Of a stretch of DNA of 64,000 nt, positions 56,313-64,000 are shown piece by piece; within the stretch, counting starts at the first letter, position 1, and each line of letters opens with the position of its first letter. The position numbers and the translations under genes are program-made. Below the pieces are notes generated by a model. It saw nothing but the letters and a program-made list of their open reading frames with translations. It did not search any database and was not told the DNA's origin. Source of the stretch: Candidatus Binatia bacterium (lineage in GTDB: Bacteria > Desulfobacterota > Binatia > HRBIN30); NCBI GenBank assembly GCA_038245295.1, contig JBBRSP010000002.1, positions 64,001-128,000 of the forward strand, given 5' to 3'.

Positions 56313-57176
56313 GTGAAAACAATCCTCGCGTTCGTTGGCGGCGGTGATCGCGACCAGGTCATCCTGCAGACGGCGTTTGCCGCGGCGCTGCCGATCTCGG
56401 CTCATCTGGACTTCGTCCACATCCACGTGCCGGCCACGGAGGCGGCGCGGTACAACCACACCGAGTTCGCCAGTGGAGCGGCTCTGCGCAATGCACTCGA
56501 TCGGTTGGATACGAAAGCCAAGACCTTCTCGGATCTCGCTTCGGACAATGTTCGCGAGTTCTGCGCTGCAGCCAAGATCGAGATGTGCGACACGCCGAGC
56601 AATGCGCCCGGCGTGACGGCAAGTTTTCGCGAAGAGAAGAGCAATGCGTTGGAACGCATCACCTTCCATGCGCGCCACGCCGACCTGCTCGTCATGGGCC
56701 GGGCGCGACAGACGCAGGGACTCTCTCCGGATACGCTGGAGCATATGGTGCTGAACTCGGGACGTCCGGTGCTGGTTGCGGCGACTGCGGCGCCGCAGTC
56801 GCTCAGCGGCACGGTCATGGTGTGCTGGAAGGAGTCGATCAATTCGGCGCGCGCCCTCAGCGCCGCCACACCAATTCTGGTCAGCGCAAAACGCGTCGTA
56901 TTCGTCGGCGTCGCCGATCGCGACGACGGCGTCACCGATGCCTTGCAAGACGTGGCGCGGCAGTTCGCCTGGAATGGAGTTGCCAGCGAAGCGCGGGTCA
57001 TCCCGACGAGCGGCCGCAAAATACCCGCTGCCCTCGCTGCCGCCGCCGAAGAGTGCGACGCCGACCTCGTCGTGATGGGCGCCTACGGCCGCTCGCGGAC
57101 ACGCGAGCTGATCTTCGGCAGCTGCACCGAGGCATTCATGGACGATGCCGACCGGCCGATTCTGCTCATGCACTAA
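56313..57176 (+). CDS. Universal stress protein (tandem USP)
   Basis: DLLVMG, GRPVLV, DLVVMGAYGRSR, RPILLMH; GTG start chosen. Confidence 0.88.
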   Translation: MKTILAFVGGGDRDQVILQTAFAAALPISAHLDFVHIHVPATEAARYNHTEFASGAALRNALDRLDTKAKTFSDLASDNVREFCAAAKIEMCDTPSNAPGVTASFREEKSNALERITFHARHADLLVMGRARQTQGLSPDTLEHMVLNSGRPVLVAATAAPQSLSGTVMVCWKESINSARALSAATPILVSAKRVVFVGVADRDDGVTDALQDVARQFAWNGVASEARVIPTSGRKIPAALAAAAEECDADLVVMGAYGRSRTRELIFGSCTEAFMDDADRPILLMH

Positions 57177-57310
57177 CCCTACTCGTTTCCGTTCTGGAGG
57201 GTTCGGGGTGCGGGGTGCAGGGGTCGGTCGAACCGTCGAACCTAGAGACTTTTGCGTTAACCAGGTTCATCTTGTCCGGGCGAGACGGTTGGGACCGGGC
57301 AGCCCACACC

Positions 57311-57814
57311 TCAGCGTCTATAGGGATACCTCGGAGGGGATGCAGGGCGACCATAGTACTGTCGTCCCTGACCGTACTGCACCGGGCGAGGAGCGAAGTA
57401 CGCCTGGCGTGCACCGTAGTAGGCGGGAGCGGCCGGGTAGTACGCGCGCGGCGGCGGCGCGTAGTAAATAGGCGGCGCAGGGTAATAGGCGCGGGTGGGC
57501 GGCGCATAGTAGGCGCGAGCCGGCGGTGCGTAATAGGGCGGCGGCGGTGGCGCATAATACGCTGGGGGAGGCGCGCCATAGCTGGGTTCGGGACCATAAT
57601 ATGGAGCGTTCACCGCAGCGCCTAGAATGGCCAACGGTGCGGTGACGATTACCGCCGCCGTTCCGACGACGGCGGCGGCCAGGCCGAGCGGCCAGTAGCC
57701 ATGGCCGCCATAGTGTCCATGGCCGCCGTGGTACGCGAGGGCGGGTGAGACCGGCGCGAGAAGGAGAGCAACTCCCATCAAACCGCCAAGTGCAACCGCT
57801 TTGTACGTGGTCAT
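57311..57814 (-). CDS. Secreted Pro/Tyr-rich low-complexity protein (YYAPPP repeats)
   Basis: RBS AAGGAG; signal peptide ALA|YHGGHG; hydrophobic helix; tandem YY(A)PPP units. Confidence 0.75.
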   Translation of the reverse strand: MTTYKAVALGGLMGVALLLAPVSPALAYHGGHGHYGGHGYWPLGLAAAVVGTAAVIVTAPLAILGAAVNAPYYGPEPSYGAPPPAYYAPPPPPYYAPPARAYYAPPTRAYYPAPPIYYAPPPRAYYPAAPAYYGARQAYFAPRPVQYGQGRQYYGRPASPPRYPYRR

Positions 57815-57938
57815 CGTGTTTCTCCTTGGTGCGCGGACCAGCAGGATCCTGCAGCATCCTCTCATGATGACGGACCGATGGGTAGGAAATTCAGCCACGG
57901 ATGAGAATCGTACACACGTGGCTGCGGCGCACAGCAGA

Positions 57939-59636
57939 TCAGTCCGGCGCGGTGTCACTGGTTTGTGCCGCAGCACCGGGGAGTGAAAAGCCCACCACGG
58001 CACCACCCTGGGGATTGTTCTCGGCCCACATCTCCCCGCCATGCGCCTTGATCACCGACTGGCTGATCCACAGGCCCATGCCGAGGCCATCGGTCTTGGT
58101 CGTAAAGTAGGGCTCGAACAGTTTTCCCTCTCCATGGGGCGGCAGGCCGCTGCCCGTGTCGCGTACCTGCACCTGGACGCCGCCGCCCGCATGCCGCTCG
58201 ACATGGACAACGACCTCCCTGAGTCTGCCGGTATCGGGCAGCATCGCGTCGAGACTATTGCTGAGCAGATTCACGACAACCTGCTCAATCTGAATCGGAT
58301 CGACGTGCACACCTGGCAGTGGCGAATCCACCGACAGTCGTACGACAACGCCGCGATGGTGTGCATCCGCCTCGACCAGCTCGACGGCTTCGCGCACCAC
58401 CGTCGCGATCTCCGCCAGCACCCGCTGCGGCTCGACGCGGCGAACGAAGTTGCGCAGGTGGCGGACGACTTCACCGGCGCGAATTGCCTGTTGACGGATC
58501 TGTTCGCTCACCAGCCGTGCTGAGTCGACATTCACCGGTACTTTCTGCAGAAACCGCGTCAGCCCACCGGCAAAGTTGGCGATCGCGGCCAACGGTTGGT
58601 TGATCTCATGCGCCAGCTGCGCCGTCATACCCTCCACCGTGCGGAGCCGCAGCAGGTGAGCGAGAAGCGACTGTTGCTGGCGCAGCCGCTCCTCGGTGCT
58701 CTGCCGCTCGTGCATTTCCGCCCGCAACTGTTCGACGGCACTGGACAGCTGACGCGTGCGCTCCTCGACCCGTACCTCGAGGCTATCGCGCGCTTCGCGC
58801 AATGCATCTTCGGCCTGCACGCGTTCGGTGATGTCGACCGCAAAAACGATGACGCCGATGATCTCGCCGCTCGAGTCACGGTATGGAACCTTGTCGGTGC
58901 GGATCCAGCGTTTTTCGCCCGAAGCCGACAACAACGGCTCGACGATGCCGAGCTTGGGCTGCCCGGACTCGATCACTTGCTGATCGTCCCGATGATACTT
59001 GTCCGCCTCGTCTGGATACAGATCGTAGGTGGAGCGGCCTTCGAGGTCGGCTGGCGTCAAACCCACCGAGGCGGCCGCCGCCTGGTTGGCTCGCAAGATG
59101 CGATTGTGACGATCCTTGTACCAAATGTAGGCCGGTACCGCGTCGAGGATCAGTTGCAGCTCTTCCTGCTGAGCGACCAGGATGTTTTCGGCGCGAAGCC
59201 GCGCCGTAATTTCATTCGAGCAGCCGACGAACCCGACCGGCTTCCCGTGTTCGTCGTGCCGCACCGACGCGCGCACTTCCACGAAGATCTCCTTGCCACC
59301 CTTGGCGCGACTGCGCAGCACCACGTCGTGCACACCGCGATCCAAGGTCGGCTGCCGCACGTCGCGCCGCAAGATGGGAAGATCCTCGGGGAAGTGGATG
59401 AAGTCGACGGTCTGGCCGATCGCTTCGGCGGCGGAGTAGCCGTAGATTTGTTCGGCGCCACGATTCCAACTGCGGACGAAGCCGTCCATGTCGGTCGAAA
59501 TCACCGCGTCGTGGACGGCGTCGAGAATGTCAGCGGCGCGAACCGTCCGAATCGAGGCAGGTCGAATGCGACGCACCTTCCCCGACCCGCGGTCAGTCGG
59601 CACCTTCGATTTAGGGCTTCGCCCGACGCTGCTCAT
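57939..59636 (-). CDS. Cytoplasmic PAS-PAS sensor histidine kinase (FixL-like transmitter)
   Basis: WNRGAEQIYGY PAS, second PAS, AHEINQPL, DTGSG, YFTTK, GLGMGL; start approximate. Confidence 0.88.
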   Translation of the reverse strand: MSSVGRSPKSKVPTDRGSGKVRRIRPASIRTVRAADILDAVHDAVISTDMDGFVRSWNRGAEQIYGYSAAEAIGQTVDFIHFPEDLPILRRDVRQPTLDRGVHDVVLRSRAKGGKEIFVEVRASVRHDEHGKPVGFVGCSNEITARLRAENILVAQQEELQLILDAVPAYIWYKDRHNRILRANQAAAASVGLTPADLEGRSTYDLYPDEADKYHRDDQQVIESGQPKLGIVEPLLSASGEKRWIRTDKVPYRDSSGEIIGVIVFAVDITERVQAEDALREARDSLEVRVEERTRQLSSAVEQLRAEMHERQSTEERLRQQQSLLAHLLRLRTVEGMTAQLAHEINQPLAAIANFAGGLTRFLQKVPVNVDSARLVSEQIRQQAIRAGEVVRHLRNFVRRVEPQRVLAEIATVVREAVELVEADAHHRGVVVRLSVDSPLPGVHVDPIQIEQVVVNLLSNSLDAMLPDTGRLREVVVHVERHAGGGVQVQVRDTGSGLPPHGEGKLFEPYFTTKTDGLGMGLWISQSVIKAHGGEMWAENNPQGGAVVGFSLPGAAAQTSDTAPD

Positions 59637-59775
59637 CTTCCAAATTCCTGGCTCCAGAACTGAGCCGTGTTCTCTATGGCCCACAGCTCACGGGGTCAAG
59701 GCTCGGGACGAGCCGAGGCGCGCAGGCAACGCCAACAGGGTTGGGGTGCAGGGTGCGGACGCTCGTATGGGCAGC

Positions 59776-59895
59776 TCATTCGACGAGTCGACTTCCTTTG
59801 GCAAGGTCGCGCAGCGCCGCGCGCAGTCGGCGGCGCGGGTCGGGAGCCAGGCGACCGACGAAGTCGACCACCTGGACGCTAACGCGAACGATCAC
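59776..59895 (-). pseudogene. Truncated RelE/ParE-like toxin (39 aa)
   Basis: GTGA overlap with the antitoxin stop; MIVRVSVQVVDFVGRLAPDPRRRLRAALRDLAKG then early TGA; no RLRVGxYR segment. Confidence 0.55.
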
Positions 59896-60155
59896 GGGCG
59901 ATCTGGGCCGAGCGCCGACAGCGGCAGAAATTTCAACTTGCCGGCCTGATGTTTGGCGATAGTCTTCCTGGCCTCCGGAGTTGCCAACAGCTCCATCGTT
60001 TCCACGATCGCCTCCATGCGCTCACGGGAGACGAGATATGCGACCGTCTGGTTGTGGCGAAGGATCCGTACCGGCTCCCCCTCCTCGGCCTTACGGATCA
60101 GGCTAGGAAGACGGCTCTGCGCCTCGGTCACAGAATACGTAGAATCCGTGGTCAA
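59892..60155 (-). CDS. Phd/YefM family antitoxin
   Basis: YSVTEAQSRLPSLIRKAE...ILRHNQTVAYLVS...ETMELL. Confidence 0.85.
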   Translation of the reverse strand: MTTDSTYSVTEAQSRLPSLIRKAEEGEPVRILRHNQTVAYLVSRERMEAIVETMELLATPEARKTIAKHQAGKLKFLPLSALGPDRP

Positions 60156-60222
60156 TGCACATATTCGTGGGCGGCCTTGGAATCAAGCGCGGTTCCTTGC
60201 TCTGCTGTCTCCGGAAAACGCC

Positions 60223-61587
60223 TCACGCCGGAACGCTGGGCAGCCCCGACAGCGCCATCGCTAGCTCGGCTTCGTCGTAGGGCTGGTCGACCAGTTTGCC
60301 GGCGGCGTAGTTGCTGTAGGCCGACATGTCGAAGTGGCCGTGGCCGCACAGGTTGAAGAGGATCACCTCCGAGCGCCCTTCCTTCTTGCATCGCAGCGCT
60401 TCGTTGATCGCCCCAAGTACGGCGTGATTGGCTTCCGGTGCCGGCACGATGCCTTCGGCGCGGGCGAACATCACGCCGGCGTCGAAACACGCATTCTGAT
60501 GATAGGCCGTCGCTTCGATCAGGCCGAGCTGGGCCAGGTGCGACACCAGCGGCGCCATGCCGTGGTAGCGCAGACCGCCGGCGTGGAATCCCGGCGGTGT
60601 GAAGGTCGAGCCCAACGTGTGCATCTTGGTCAGCGGTGTCAGATGAGCCGTGTCGCCGAAGTCGTAGGCGTACTTGCCGCGTGTCAGCGACGGACACGCC
60701 GCCGGCTCGACCGCGACGATGCGGCGTTTCCTACCGCCGCGCAGTTGCGCGCCTAGGAAGGGAAAGGCGATACCCGCGAAATTCGACCCGCCTCCCGTGC
60801 AGCCGACGATGACGTCGGGATCGTCGCCGGCCATCTCGAGCTGCAGCATCGCCTCTTGGCCGATGATGGTCTGGTGCATCAGCACGTGGTTGAGCACCGA
60901 GCCGAGCGCGTACTTGGTGTCGTCGCGTGTCGCGGCGACCTCGACGGCTTCCGAGATCGCAATGCCGAGTGACCCCGGGTGGTTCGGATCCTTCTCAAGG
61001 ATGGCGCGGCCGGAGCTCGTTTCGTTCGACGGCGAGGCAATACAGCGCGCACCGTAGGTTTCCATCAAGGCGCGGCGGTAAGGCTTCTGATCGTAGGACA
61101 CACGCACCTGGAACACCGTGACGTCGATGCCGAACAGCGCGCCGGCAAAGGCCAACGCCGAACCCCACTGCCCGGCCCCGGTCTCGGTGGCGATCTTCTT
61201 GATGCCGGCCTGCTGATTGTACCAGGCCTGCGGAATGGCGGTGTTGGGCTTGTGCGAGCCGGCCGGCGAGACACCTTCGTACTTGTAGTAGATGCGCGCC
61301 GTGGTCCCGAGCACCTTCTCCAAGCGGTGTGCCCGAATCAGCGGCGACGGGCGCCACATGCGGAGGACGTCGCGCACTGGCTCGGGAATCTCCACCTCGC
61401 GCTCGGTGCTGACTTCCTGTTTGATCAGCTCCATCGGAAACAGCGGCGCCAGATCGTCGGGCCCGATTGGTTGCAGCGTCCCCGGGTGCAGCACCGTCGG
61501 CGCCGGCACCGGCAGATCGGCCGCGATGTTGTACCAGTGCTTTGGCATCTTGCTCTCGTCGAGCAGGAATTTGGTTTGGGTGCTCAT
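60223..61587 (-). CDS. trpB: TrpB-like PLP enzyme (TrpB2, stand-alone tryptophan synthase beta)
   Basis: WYNIAADLP, AGSHKPNTA, TETGAGQWG, GGSNFAG, GGLRYHG, NLCGHG. Confidence 0.93.
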   Translation of the reverse strand: MSTQTKFLLDESKMPKHWYNIAADLPVPAPTVLHPGTLQPIGPDDLAPLFPMELIKQEVSTEREVEIPEPVRDVLRMWRPSPLIRAHRLEKVLGTTARIYYKYEGVSPAGSHKPNTAIPQAWYNQQAGIKKIATETGAGQWGSALAFAGALFGIDVTVFQVRVSYDQKPYRRALMETYGARCIASPSNETSSGRAILEKDPNHPGSLGIAISEAVEVAATRDDTKYALGSVLNHVLMHQTIIGQEAMLQLEMAGDDPDVIVGCTGGGSNFAGIAFPFLGAQLRGGRKRRIVAVEPAACPSLTRGKYAYDFGDTAHLTPLTKMHTLGSTFTPPGFHAGGLRYHGMAPLVSHLAQLGLIEATAYHQNACFDAGVMFARAEGIVPAPEANHAVLGAINEALRCKKEGRSEVILFNLCGHGHFDMSAYSNYAAGKLVDQPYDEAELAMALSGLPSVPA

Positions 61588-61644
61588 GGGGTTCTCCTCG
61601 TCAAAGGGCTCGTGGCATGGCGGGAAACGCGGCAGATTGCGAGA

Positions 61645-61755
61645 TCATGATCGACCGGTGTCCGGCGATCGGAAGTTTAGGCGGATCTTGAGTGACTGCA
61701 CCAGTTTCAGTTCGTCCTGCGGTAGGGTGACACTGGACTTGGCATTGCTTCTCAT
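61645..61755 (-). pseudogene. Possible truncated ribbon-helix-helix antitoxin remnant
   Basis: MRSNAKSSVTLPQDELKLVQSLKIRL then loss of homology-like character; GGTATG direct repeats overlap the start. Confidence 0.4.
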
Positions 61756-61846
61756 ACCTTTCGCATACCCACGTTGCACTGCAGCCACAAGCAGCGGGAG
61801 TGGGTCCGTTTGGTCCCCAATGGTAGGCAACGTCATCCCGGCGAAA

Positions 61847-62000
61847 GTGACTGTCGTAAAACCAAAGTGGAGCAACGTCATCCCGGTGAAAACCGGGATC
61901 TCCTCCTGCTGGAAACCTCGGAAGCTCGCGAGATACCGGCTTTCGCCGGAATGACGTCGGTGGGCTTTCAAATGTGCGATCAGAGAAAATCGACGGTCTC
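61847..62000 (+). mobile_element. MITE family A, complete ~154-bp copy
   Basis: GTGACTGTCGTA ... ATCGACGGTCTC ends; preceded by the REP half GTCATCCCGGCGAAA. Confidence 0.75.
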
Positions 62001-62138
62001 GGTCGCCGGAATGCCGAGTCCTCGCCGCCTCGGTTTTCAAATGGCCCCACTACCCAAGCAGTGCCTTCCAACTTTGGTCGCAGTGCTGGCCGACCGGTTC
62101 ATTGGCTTTTGGACGGCGGGGAATTATACGGACTCGCT

Positions 62139-62789
62139 ATGCGATTCTCGGCCCGGGGTGCTTGGCGCTTGGTCTTGTCGGCCCTGTGTTTGCTCCGTGC
62201 GAGCACGGGGTTGGCGCAACTTTGCGCCGCGCCGGAGCGCTGCCTCGAGTTGATCGAGGCACAGCAGCGCCAGACGCGCAGCCTCGCGGCGCGGTTCACG
62301 CAAACCAAACATCTCAGCCTGATGAACGATCCGTTGATCAATCATGGTCGCTTCGCGTTCCGCATGCCCGATACCGTGCTGTGGGAAATGGAAGATCCGT
62401 CGTTCATCATCCGCATCGATCACAATGGGCTCTCGCTGCCGAACCGGCCTGACTTGCAAGGCGAGGTACAAGCGATGGCACCGCTGACGACGATGCTGCG
62501 CGAGATGTCGTCGGTCTTCACCGGCGCCACCACGGTGTTGCGCGAGCGCTTCGTCGTCACCACCGAATCGACCGACACGGAGATCACACTGCACTTGCAG
62601 CCACGCCAGGCGGAGTGGGCGCGTATGTTCAGCGCCGTCGACCTGACCTTCCGCGCTCCCGACTTCGTCATCGCCCGCCTGCAGATGCAGGAGAGCATCG
62701 GCGATCGGCTGGTGATCGATTTCACCGAAATGCACCGCAACGACAACACCGCCGAGCTCTGGCTTGCCGGCGCGACGCCCAAACCATGA
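62139..62789 (+). CDS. LolA-like outer-membrane lipoprotein carrier (APE-cluster type)
   Basis: Signal peptide; SLAARFTQTKHLSLM...GRFAF..PDTVLWE; C-terminal GDRLVIDF. Confidence 0.8.
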   Translation: MRFSARGAWRLVLSALCLLRASTGLAQLCAAPERCLELIEAQQRQTRSLAARFTQTKHLSLMNDPLINHGRFAFRMPDTVLWEMEDPSFIIRIDHNGLSLPNRPDLQGEVQAMAPLTTMLREMSSVFTGATTVLRERFVVTTESTDTEITLHLQPRQAEWARMFSAVDLTFRAPDFVIARLQMQESIGDRLVIDFTEMHRNDNTAELWLAGATPKP

Positions 62790-63187
62790 GTCTGCCCGAC
62801 GCTCTGCCACAGCGTTTCCCGTTCGTCCTGCTCGATCGTATCGTCGAAGTGCAACCGGGGGTTGCGGTTACCGCCGAACGTACCCTGACTCACGACGATC
62901 CCCTGCTCGATCCGCAAGGCGCATTGCTGCCGGTGCTACTCGTGGAAGCAATGGCCCAATGTGCCGGCTACGCCGCCTTTGATCCCAGCCGTCGTATCGG
63001 CGGCATGCTCGTTCGCATCAGTCGTTTCCGCTGTCGGCGCGGTGCCGACGCCGGTTGTGTGCTGCGCGTCAACGCCCGCATCGTGCGGGTCTTCGGCCAG
63101 ACCGTGAAGGCACGCGCGGCCGTGCGCGTCGGGCGACGCGTCGTCGCGGCGGCGGAGCTGACGCTGCAACTGTCGGAGTACAAATGA
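62786..63187 (+). CDS. FabA/FabZ hot-dog dehydratase-like protein
   Basis: LPQRFPFVLLDRI and VEAMAQ present; HFP His motif absent. Confidence 0.8.
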   Translation: MSLPDALPQRFPFVLLDRIVEVQPGVAVTAERTLTHDDPLLDPQGALLPVLLVEAMAQCAGYAAFDPSRRIGGMLVRISRFRCRRGADAGCVLRVNARIVRVFGQTVKARAAVRVGRRVVAAAELTLQLSEYK

Positions 63188-63873
63188 AGCGGCGGCTCCT
63201 CGGCGGAGCGCTGCTGGTCTGCCTGGCCGCCTGCGCCGCGCCGCCGGCCGCGCACCCGCCGCAGGTACCGTTGACCCTCGGCGAGCAAGAGGCACGCATC
63301 CACACATTACGCGCGCAATTCAAAGCGAAGGTCACAACCCGCGACACCGAACGCAATGCCGCGGGTGTGCTCCTGGTGCAGAAGCCTGATCGCTTCCGCC
63401 TGCGCATGTCGTCGCCGTTCGGCATGACGGTGATGGACTACTTGAGCGTCGACCGGCACACACGCTTGGATTTGCCGATGAACCAGAAGGTTCTGTTCGA
63501 CGATGCCATCGACGCCGGCAACGCGTTCCACACAACCGACCTGCGCGCCGCCTTCTTACGCGGTCCGGATGCCTACCCGCCGCCGTGCCAGTCGACGGAA
63601 AGCAACGACGCAACGCTACTCGACTGCGGGTTGCGGCATCTCACGCTGCACGGCGGCGATCTGGCAACCGAGAGTGAATCGGACGAGGCCGGGGTGCGCC
63701 TGACCGCCGCCTACACCGACATCCGCGACGTCGGCGGTATGCGGATGCCGTTTTCGATCATCATGCAATACCCGCGTGACGGCGTGACACTCGAAGTCAC
63801 GATCGTGCGCTACGAGATCAACCCGGCCTTCTCCGAAGAACTATTCCGCGCCGGTGAGTGGCCGCCGCGATGA
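63184..63873 (+). CDS. Lipoprotein, LolA/LolB-like fold (probable)
   Basis: Lipobox LAAC; KPDRFRL..SSPFG; C-terminal YEINP..SEELF. Confidence 0.7.
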   Translation: MKRRLLGGALLVCLAACAAPPAAHPPQVPLTLGEQEARIHTLRAQFKAKVTTRDTERNAAGVLLVQKPDRFRLRMSSPFGMTVMDYLSVDRHTRLDLPMNQKVLFDDAIDAGNAFHTTDLRAAFLRGPDAYPPPCQSTESNDATLLDCGLRHLTLHGGDLATESESDEAGVRLTAAYTDIRDVGGMRMPFSIIMQYPRDGVTLEVTIVRYEINPAFSEELFRAGEWPPR

Positions 63874-64000
63874 ACGATCGCAGTGAGCGCTGGGCCGGCT
63901 GGATCGCGCGCTGGTATCGCTGGATCCTGATCATCTCGTTGATCATTTCCGTTGGAGCGGCGTGGTCGCTGACGCGTCTGCGTCTGGACATCGACGTTCT
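63870..64000 (+). CDS. MMPL/RND-family exporter, N-terminus (runs off the window)
   Basis: ATGA overlap; MNDRSERWAGWIARWYRWILIISLIISVGAAWSLTRLRLDIDV fits a first TM plus RLxxD pattern; cluster context supports the call. Confidence 0.55.
   Translation, partial: MNDRSERWAGWIARWYRWILIISLIISVGAAWSLTRLRLDIDV

Noticed and set aside
17059..62000. Repeated hairpins considered as a CRISPR array
   Set aside because: The copies are dispersed, lack regular unique spacers and have no cas genes nearby.

Overview
GC-rich (about 60-65% by eye) bacterial chromosomal segment. It is most likely Candidatus Binatia or a related deltaproteobacterial-type lineage; this is an inference from the CxGDC dockerin-like domain, the GAFTDA sigma-54 activator and the gene content. 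Housekeeping genes include alaA-like aminotransferase, rnj, ftsK, miaB, hemD/hemE/hemY, trpB2 and a cold-shock protein. Four accessory modules sit among them: (1) an ergothioneine operon, egtB(type II)-egtD-DUF427, followed by an EgtU/OpuBC-like ABC importer; (2) a PDZ-multiTM-GAF kinase, an Lnt and a sigma-54 activator next to secreted-protein genes; (3) a phage-tail-fibre-like surface protein broken by a deletion/frameshift, paired with a GGFW-domain + Thr-rich linker + dockerin-like protein; (4) an aryl-polyene-like type II PKS cluster (KS, two Cys-less CLF-like KSs, ACP, FabG, flavin halogenase, methyltransferase, deacetylase, LolA-like, dehydratase, lipoprotein, MMPL) split by a ~6 kb insert. 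Intergenic DNA carries several repeat families: a self-nesting ~150 bp MITE, a second TAA-flanked MITE family, GTAG REPs and 6/7/8-mer periodic palindromes. Three toxin-antitoxin loci are decayed. I recognised no rRNA, tRNA, CRISPR array or intact transposase. All family calls come from motif recognition, not database searches.
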